43,719 nucleotides of DNA from Armatimonadota bacterium (GTDB lineage Bacteria; Armatimonadota; Armatimonadia; Armatimonadales; Armatimonadaceae), in assembly GCA_043754515.1 (NCBI GenBank), contig JAYUUO010000098.1, forward strand, positions 1 to 43,719, in the 5' to 3' direction. The position numbers and the translations under genes are program-made. Of the stretch, positions 37,311-43,719 are shown piece after piece; position 1 is the stretch's first letter; every line of letters begins with the position of its first letter. The notes below the pieces were generated by a model. That model did not search any database, was not told the DNA's origin, and saw only the letters and a list, made by a program, of their open reading frames with translations.

Positions 37311-37568
37311 ATGCGAGCTAATTCAATGAGACAGGTCATCGCGGTACATCCCACGCGCCGCTACATGTCGCTTTTGTTCGGCATGATTATTGTGCCATGT
37401 TTGCTCGCTGGTTGTGGCAACACGACGAGCGAGAAGTCACCCGCATCCCTCCCAGTGGTGCAGCCTCCGTCGGGGCAGACCAGCGCGGAGATGGGGGAGA
37501 AGTATCGTAAGGCTATGAGTAGCTCTAGATCGCACATACCCGGCTCGGCATCGCCGACCAAGAAGTAG
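37311..37568 (+). CDS. small lipoprotein (similar to 31083..31358)
   Basis: IIVPCLLAGCG lipobox, Pro/Ser-rich; upstream promoter. Confidence 0.7.
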   Translation: MRANSMRQVIAVHPTRRYMSLLFGMIIVPCLLAGCGNTTSEKSPASLPVVQPPSGQTSAEMGEKYRKAMSSSRSHIPGSASPTKK

Positions 37569-37903
37569 ATTTTTATCTGCTCATTCGGTAGAGACAAGTG
37601 CCTCAAGCAAGACCCGAGTTGGCTAGATCGGAGCGGGGCGAAGACCGAACTTGCGCTGATCGGCTTCGGGGTGTTCCCCGCGTCGTATCGCCGCGACATG
37701 AGCAACCCGCCCGAGCGGACCCTACGGCGACTTGCTATCCGTCGACCAAGGGCGGCAACGGCAACCCGGACAGCCCAACTCGTGGCGAGGAACTTCAGGG
37801 GGCCGGGCGGCCGTTTCCTGATCCTCGGCGGATACCCACCCCGGAATGGCAAGGAGACGGGGCCGCTCTCTATTCGCCAACCTGGGGTCGCGTATTCCCC
37901 ACG

Positions 37904-39196
37904 TCATGCGTCGGTGGGTTTCTCCCGCACCCGTCCCAGAAGTACCGCCCCCGCGACCAGATACACCACCGTGGAAAGCATCGCAGCACGCCATCCGAAG
38001 CCGTGACCGTGTTGCTTATTCAGCAGGTCGGCGACGATGCCGAACGCGGGCGCGATGACTTGCGGAACAGTCATGCACACATGCCAGATCGCCATGTACT
38101 TAGCCGTACCGCCCTTCGGTAGCAGGTTACACGCCATGGCCCAGTCCACGGCGGAGAACACGCCCCAGCCGATTCCGAACACCGCGGCGAGGATTAGCAC
38201 CCATGTCAGACTCGTCGCGAAGCAGAACACCGTGGTGGCCACGGCTAAGATGGCGCACGCGATGTAGATGAGCGACTTCTTGCTCACGGTGTCGGCGAAT
38301 TTCCCGGCGACGAGGGTTCCGATTAGTGCCGCGCCGGTAACCGCCAGCAGTACTTCGCCCAGGTTTTTGTCGCCTTGGGACGCGGGGCCGATAGTATCTT
38401 TCAGGTAGTAGAGAATGAATGACGTGACGGTGGAGTACGATAGGTTGATGAGGAAGCGCGAGTAGAGTAGCCCGTAGAAGTCCGGGTTTTCCCGCGTCTG
38501 CCAGTCTTTGAGCGTTGCCAGTGCTTGTCCTATCGTTTTTCGCTCGGATATATCGGCGGGCCTGTCGGGAACCTGTGTCACCGTTACCGCGAGACCCGCC
38601 AGCAGTAGCGCGGTGATGAGGTACACGACGCCGGGTATGCCGAGAGGCTTGAGTAGTAAGATCATCGCCACCGCGCCGCCGAGTTGCCCGAACAGGTTCG
38701 CCGTTCCCATGTAGGCGGATGCCAGCCCGTGCCGCGAAGCCGGTACGTTGTCGGGGATTAGTGCCTGATAGGGGCCGGTTGCGGCGTTCAGTAGCAGTTG
38801 TATCCCGAAGAACGACGCCATTAGCGCGGGGAAGTTGCCGACCGAGACGAACACGATGTTGCATAGGGCGCACCCCACGGTTCCCCAGAAGATGAACGGG
38901 TGACGACGCCCCCATTTTGCCGCGCACGCGTCGGAAAGCGGCCCGATGCCGAGTTGAATCAGAGTCGTCGCGACCGCCCCGAACATCGAGATGTAGAAAA
39001 GATATGTCCCTTTGTGGGCACTCCCCACGATCTCCTCGACCCGTGCTGGGAGGAAGTTCGTCAGCATCGCCGTCCAAAACATGTTGATCGGGAACCAGAA
39101 CAGCGACAAAGCGAGAAGCGACCCGAAAGTAATTTTGCCTTTGTAGACGGCGTCGGGGCTATCGGAGACGTCTGTATCGGCGGGTGCTACGTGCAT
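37904..39196 (-). CDS. MFS transporter
   Basis: About 12 TM segments, G.LSD....WGRRHPF, GKFAD..SKK. Confidence 0.92.
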   Translation of the reverse strand: MHVAPADTDVSDSPDAVYKGKITFGSLLALSLFWFPINMFWTAMLTNFLPARVEEIVGSAHKGTYLFYISMFGAVATTLIQLGIGPLSDACAAKWGRRHPFIFWGTVGCALCNIVFVSVGNFPALMASFFGIQLLLNAATGPYQALIPDNVPASRHGLASAYMGTANLFGQLGGAVAMILLLKPLGIPGVVYLITALLLAGLAVTVTQVPDRPADISERKTIGQALATLKDWQTRENPDFYGLLYSRFLINLSYSTVTSFILYYLKDTIGPASQGDKNLGEVLLAVTGAALIGTLVAGKFADTVSKKSLIYIACAILAVATTVFCFATSLTWVLILAAVFGIGWGVFSAVDWAMACNLLPKGGTAKYMAIWHVCMTVPQVIAPAFGIVADLLNKQHGHGFGWRAAMLSTVVYLVAGAVLLGRVREKPTDA

Positions 39197-39216
39197 GAAG
39201 AAACCTCTCGCCCGAG

Positions 39217-39834
39217 TTAGATGACCGGCGTTAGCAGATCGGTGATCTTAATGAGTGCTCCCGGCGTGGATTCGGGAGCGACGGTCTGTGTTTCGGCGAG
39301 TGTGTTGCGGCTCGCCCACGTCCCCGCGTCCGCGTCGGGTGTTCGGAACACGGTCAACGTACGCGCCGGTAGGTCAATCACCCAGTATTCGGCGACCCCG
39401 GCTTCGGCGTATAGTTTTACTTTGTCGCCCAGATCATACCCCTGCGTCGTGTCGCACACCTCAATGATGAGCAACAAATCATTCGCCGGGGGCGCGCCCT
39501 GATAGACCGCCTCGCGCAACACGAACACGTCCGGTTCCGGGCGATTCCGCACGCGGTCACCTTGCCACACTTCCACCGTGGCCTGGCAACGCACCGTGCG
39601 TCGCGGGAACACACCCAGTAGGTAAGCGAAACACTCTGACATAGTGATACTGTGCGGCGAGTTTTGCCTCATCTTGCTAATAATCCTCCCGCCGATGAGT
39701 TCGAACCGGCCTTCGATAAGCCCCGACTCTTCTAGGAAATCCAGCATGGCGCGGGTGAAAAGTAGCTCGCCGGGCTGGGAAGGCTCTATGACCAACTTCT
39801 CCGTCGGGAACGGCGTATCCATTTTTACTGCCAT
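39217..39834 (-). CDS. Uma2 (DUF820) family endonuclease-like protein
   Basis: ELIGG.I, PEPD, LIIEV, K..LYAEAGV.EYWVID. Confidence 0.9.
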   Translation of the reverse strand: MAVKMDTPFPTEKLVIEPSQPGELLFTRAMLDFLEESGLIEGRFELIGGRIISKMRQNSPHSITMSECFAYLLGVFPRRTVRCQATVEVWQGDRVRNRPEPDVFVLREAVYQGAPPANDLLLIIEVCDTTQGYDLGDKVKLYAEAGVAEYWVIDLPARTLTVFRTPDADAGTWASRNTLAETQTVAPESTPGALIKITDLLTPVI

Positions 39835-39850
39835 CACGTTCTTCCTTTCG

Positions 39851-41683
39851 TCACTCGTCACCGCCGCCGCGTAACGCGGCGACTTCGTTCGCGTACTTCG
39901 CTAGCACGATCTTGCGCTTGATCTTAAGCGTCGGGGTTAGTTCGCCGCCGTCCACGCTGAAGGTCGCGTTCAGGAGCACGATCTTTTTCACGCGTTCGTA
40001 GTCCGCCAACTGGTCCTTCGACAACGCGTCAATCACGCCTTTAACGTGTTTGACGACTTGCGGCGCGGCGACCAGTTCGTCGTCCGAGGCGAACGTCAAG
40101 TTTTCGCCGTTTGCCCACTCCTTCAGTTTATCCCGGTTCGGTACCACCAGCGCGGTGACGACGTTCTGTTTGTCGCCGATAAGCACGATCTCAGTGATCA
40201 GATGCGACTGTTTCAAGAGTTGCTCAATGGGTTGCGGCGCGACATTCTTGCCGTTCGCGAGCACGATAATGTCTTTCTTGCGGTCGGTGATCTTCAGATA
40301 GCCGTCGGCGTCCAGCGTCCCGATGTCGCCCGTGTGGAGCCAGCCCTCCGCGTCAATCATCTCCGCCGTCGCGACATCGTTGCGCCAGTAGCCGCGCATC
40401 ACGTTCGTGCCCCGGTAACAGATCTCACCGTCAGGCGCGATCTTGACCTCGCCGTGCGGCACGACGGTTCCGACCGTGCCATGCCGAATATGCCGGTTCG
40501 GGTTGATCGCGATCACCGGCGACGCCTCTGTCATGCCATATCCTTCAATGATCGGCAACCCGAACGCCTCAAAGAACCGGGCGGTTGGCACGCCGAGTGC
40601 CGCCCCGCCCGCGACGAAGAAGCGCATTGCGCCCCCGAACCGCTCCCGTATGGGGGCATAAACCAGCTTATCGAAGGCGAGATGCTTGGCCCAGGCGACC
40701 GGGCCCGCATGACCAGTCGCGCGTTTATTGTCCGCGTATTCCTCACCGGCTTTGATCGCGTCCGCGAAACCCTTCTGTTTGAGGTCCGGCTCCTTCTCCA
40801 TCGCGCCCTGGATGCGCTCGGCGAACGACTCATAGACGCGCGGCACGCAGACCATGATCGTGGGCTTGTTCACCCGCATGTCCTCTAAGAGCGTACGAAC
40901 GCCCTCCGAGTAGCCGATGGTGGCACCGACCGCTAGCGGCAGGTAGTAGCCCGTGGTGCGCTCGAAAACGTGGCACAGCGGCAGGAACGAGAGGAACGTG
41001 TCCGTGTCTGTTATGGCCTCGCCCTGCCGCTCGAAATGTTCTAGCGACATGAATACGTTCGCGGCAAAGTTTCGGTGCGTCAACATCGCGCCCTTCGGGT
41101 CGCCCGTCGTGCCCGAGGTGTAGACCAGCGACGCCAACTCATCCGGCGCGACGCCCTGCCACGCCCGCGCGAACTCCGCGCCGATCGGAGCCTCGTTTCC
41201 GCGCTCGATCAACGCCTCTAAGGTCATCGCCTTGGTGTCTTCGGGAACCTTCGCCGGGTCCATCACGACCAGTGTGTGAACATTCGGCAGGCTAGCGTGT
41301 GCTTCCACAACCTTCGCCAGCTGCTTCGCGTCCTCGACAACGACTAGTTTCGCCGCGCTGTTGCGCACGATGTAGGCGACCTGGGGTGACGGCAGACTGG
41401 GGTAGATCGGGACGACAACGCCGCCGAGGTGCAACACCGCAAGGTCCATCACCGCCCATTCCAGCCGGTTCTCCGAGAGCAATGCCACGTGATCCCCTTT
41501 GCGAATGCCCAGCGCGGCGAGACCCGACGCCACCGTCTCCACCCGACGCGCCAGTTCCCCAAACGTAATCTCGTGCCATTCCTTCGCGATTCGGTGTCGT
41601 ATCACCGTCTTCGTGCCGAACCGCGCCACAGTGTTCTGAAAAAGTCGCGGAAGCGTTTCCGCGGTGCCGATCATATCACTCAT
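39851..41683 (-). CDS. long-chain fatty acid--CoA ligase (AMP-dependent synthetase)
   Basis: YTSGTTGDPKG, LPLCHVFER, EGYGMTE, HTGD, DRKKD, ELTPTLK; AAGGA SD. Confidence 0.95.
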   Translation of the reverse strand: MSDMIGTAETLPRLFQNTVARFGTKTVIRHRIAKEWHEITFGELARRVETVASGLAALGIRKGDHVALLSENRLEWAVMDLAVLHLGGVVVPIYPSLPSPQVAYIVRNSAAKLVVVEDAKQLAKVVEAHASLPNVHTLVVMDPAKVPEDTKAMTLEALIERGNEAPIGAEFARAWQGVAPDELASLVYTSGTTGDPKGAMLTHRNFAANVFMSLEHFERQGEAITDTDTFLSFLPLCHVFERTTGYYLPLAVGATIGYSEGVRTLLEDMRVNKPTIMVCVPRVYESFAERIQGAMEKEPDLKQKGFADAIKAGEEYADNKRATGHAGPVAWAKHLAFDKLVYAPIRERFGGAMRFFVAGGAALGVPTARFFEAFGLPIIEGYGMTEASPVIAINPNRHIRHGTVGTVVPHGEVKIAPDGEICYRGTNVMRGYWRNDVATAEMIDAEGWLHTGDIGTLDADGYLKITDRKKDIIVLANGKNVAPQPIEQLLKQSHLITEIVLIGDKQNVVTALVVPNRDKLKEWANGENLTFASDDELVAAPQVVKHVKGVIDALSKDQLADYERVKKIVLLNATFSVDGGELTPTLKIKRKIVLAKYANEVAALRGGGDE

Positions 41684-41745
41684 AAAAATATTTCCTTGCC
41701 GAGTAGGGAATGTGGGCAACCATGCCTCGCACCCTCCCCAGTACG

Positions 41746-41946
41746 TTAGCGGACCCGCTTGCAAATCCCTGCAAACAGATACATACAAGCGATCACCACT
41801 ACAGCGAGCGTGGCCATCGTGATCAAACTTGCGGTCACGATATCCATGCACTGTGCGCCGCACGCGTCTACCGTAGCCCCCGTTGAAGTCATGTCATTCA
41901 CTGATTTTGTCCCTTCCGGAGCGGTAGTCACCCGCGCCACGTCCAT
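41746..41946 (-). CDS. small single-TM protein
   Basis: GAGG SD and TAAAAT upstream; C-terminal hydrophobic helix followed by KRVR. Confidence 0.5.
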   Translation of the reverse strand: MDVARVTTAPEGTKSVNDMTSTGATVDACGAQCMDIVTASLITMATLAVVVIACMYLFAGICKRVR

Positions 41947-42073
41947 CGAATATCCTCACCGATGAGATCATTTTAGGGGAAGGTGAGCGAATCGTCCTGA
42001 TGCGCTCGCCCTGTTTATAGCCAGGTCTCAGTCCTACGGGCGGTAGGACGTAGAGTGAGTGGCGTCCCACTAA

Positions 42074-43408
42074 TCAGACTGGAGGACGTACCGTGGCGAG
42101 CTGGGTGGGAGGCACCTGACGGAGCCGCCAGAGGAGGAGTGCTATCAATCCCATGTTGGCGAACGGTAACACCGCCATGGATGGATCCCAAATCAGCAGG
42201 TGCAATGTCTGTGGAAGGTGTAGCACGTTGCGGTAGTCGTAGTTCAGCACGAGGAACTGGTTCCACGCCGAGGACAGCGCGACAGCGCACCAGAGCACGA
42301 GCGGTATTGGCACCCCCGCCCAGCGTACCGTTCCGCTTGCGGACGCCGTCAACCCGACACAGAGGGTCAGGAGGGCGGCGGCGGGCACCCCGTACCGCTC
42401 GTGCATTTGTGTACAGAGCAAGTAGAACGCCCAGACGCTCGCCGAGGCGGCGAGTGGCAACACGAACGGCGACGCGACGGCACGCCTCCAGAGCAGGGCG
42501 AGGATGGCCGCCATTGCGCCCACGAACAGCGCGATGCCCAGCATCCGCTCGGTGACGGGGACGCCGCGCAGAATGCGCCCGGTGTCATGGTTGACGTCCG
42601 GGAAGCGTTTGCCAGTCGCCCGCGCGTCTGCGACAGTGACCAGCATCCAGATACTCGCTGCGCTAACGGTGCGGTTGGGGTATCGGCCGACAGAGGTGAC
42701 ATACGTTCCGACCCACCGCCGTCCCGTGCCAGCCACGATATAGGGCGCGGCGAGTGCCGTAACCACGGCGAGTGCCGCCCCCGCTCCAGCGGCTAGTCCG
42801 CGCGGGCGCAGGGTTCGTACGGCGTAGAGCAGTAAGGCGGGCGCGATGATGATCGCCTGCAACTTGACCGACAGCGCGAACCCGAACCAGACGCCCGCGT
42901 GGATCGGTCGGCGGTTCATCAGCGCGAGCGTCGCGCCGACCATTCCGAGGCACAGGATCGTGTCAATCTGCCCCCACAGCACGCCGTTGACCAGCAGTGC
43001 CGGACAAAGTGCGTACAGGAGCGCGGCGCGGCGGGCGACCCGGCCGTTCCCCGGCACCACGCGGCGTAGCCCCTTGTAGACGAGTGGTATCCCGATCAGG
43101 TGTGCCACCATGCCCGGCAGTTTGAACAGATAGACCGTGAGCATATCGTCCGCGCTCCAGCCGAACGAAAGGCGCACCCGCTCCAAAATCGTCAGGAGGT
43201 AAGGCCAGACCGCCGGATAGTCGCACGTCGGACGGTCGCGGTAAATCAGCCAGGGCGACGTGCCGTGCGAGCCACTCGCCCAGGCGATCCAGTAGGTGAA
43301 AAGGTCGAACGGGTGGAAAATTGTCGGGAGTAGGCACAGATTCAGCACAAGGGCGAGGGCGAACGTGACCCCAACGGGCGGGGCGGGTAGCGGGTAGCGG
43401 CGGGTCAC
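42074..43408 (-). CDS. GT-C fold membrane glycosyltransferase (GT87/DUF2029, PIG-M-like)
   Basis: DYP, KLP, WGQID, K.Q, MHERY; polytopic; GTG start 6 nt after TACTAT. Confidence 0.8.
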   Translation of the reverse strand: MTRRYPLPAPPVGVTFALALVLNLCLLPTIFHPFDLFTYWIAWASGSHGTSPWLIYRDRPTCDYPAVWPYLLTILERVRLSFGWSADDMLTVYLFKLPGMVAHLIGIPLVYKGLRRVVPGNGRVARRAALLYALCPALLVNGVLWGQIDTILCLGMVGATLALMNRRPIHAGVWFGFALSVKLQAIIIAPALLLYAVRTLRPRGLAAGAGAALAVVTALAAPYIVAGTGRRWVGTYVTSVGRYPNRTVSAASIWMLVTVADARATGKRFPDVNHDTGRILRGVPVTERMLGIALFVGAMAAILALLWRRAVASPFVLPLAASASVWAFYLLCTQMHERYGVPAAALLTLCVGLTASASGTVRWAGVPIPLVLWCAVALSSAWNQFLVLNYDYRNVLHLPQTLHLLIWDPSMAVLPFANMGLIALLLWRLRQVPPTQLATVRPPV

Positions 43409-43523
43409 GCGCCTATAGTACCCCCGCGTCGGCACTCCCGGCAACGGGCGTATCGCGTGCGGGGAACGGCGACATGTGGAGATGTCACCACCACACGCAG
43501 GTGACGGGTACGGGTGTAAGTCA

Positions 43524-43719
43524 ACCCGAATCTTGAGTTGGTTTAGTGGCTCAACAGCCCCGCATGGCAAAAGTTGCGATGAAGCACTTTGAGTTTAACA
43601 CCATTCCACAAACCGTGGAAACACCGCGAATACACCCGATCAACAAATCGGTCGTGCAACTGGCTAAAGGTTGTCGCGATTCGCTCGCGCAAACGGTTAA
43701 TCAATGCCCCTTTCTCTTC
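43524..43719 (-). mobile_element. 3' end of IS982-family element (transposase C-terminus 43543..>43719 plus terminal repeat)
   Basis: Minus frame reads ...RERIATTFSQLHDRFVDRVYSRCFHGLWNGVKLKVLHRN...*; the element end reads ACCCGAATC from 43524, matching the ACCC termini of IS982. Confidence 0.75.

Noticed and set aside
30880..37328. Two ORFs (30897 minus, 37311 plus) both begin MRANSM
   Set aside because: Codons differ at nearly every position, one start is TTG, and both genes may start at the second Met; probably coincidence.
37600..37900. Protein-like stretch LKQDPSWLDRSGAKTELALIGFGVFPASYRRDMSNP between the lipoprotein and MFS genes
   Set aside because: Could be a gene remnant, but no start or family is recognisable without blastx.
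1..43719. CRISPR arrays, tRNA or rRNA genes, prophage genes
   Set aside because: None seen on reading; no regular repeat-spacer pattern or phage structural motifs.

Overview
GC-rich bacterial chromosomal segment, most consistent with Armatimonadota (inferred from the prepilin/DUF1559 H-X9-DG protein beside a LacI gene, plus PEP-CTERM and Uma2 genes). Both window ends are insertion-sequence termini: an IS66-like end at left and an IS982-like end at right. Housekeeping genes include nadC, rsmE, gcvPB, a STAS anti-anti-sigma factor, an acyl-CoA synthetase, an MFS transporter and a GT-C glycosyltransferase. Accessory modules: (i) an osmoprotectant-type ABC importer, a D,D-dipeptidase and a DarT-like ADP-ribosyltransferase with no adjacent antitoxin, in one overlapping gene run; (ii) a bacterial alpha-2-macroglobulin; (iii) ergothioneine genes egtD-egtB; (iv) a LacI-associated glycan locus built around a prepilin-like DUF1559 protein, a small lipoprotein, a free CBM-like protein, GH9 and a GH38-like enzyme, resembling a polysaccharide-utilisation locus without SusC/D; (v) a polytopic VIT-domain protein with a PEP-CTERM tail. 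Two disrupted genes are visible: a GT8-like gene (two in-frame stops and a 19-bp inverted repeat) and an S9 peptidase (1-nt frameshift). Several genes show a TANNNT-N6-start pattern typical of leaderless mRNAs. All family calls come from motif recognition by eye; no database searches were run.
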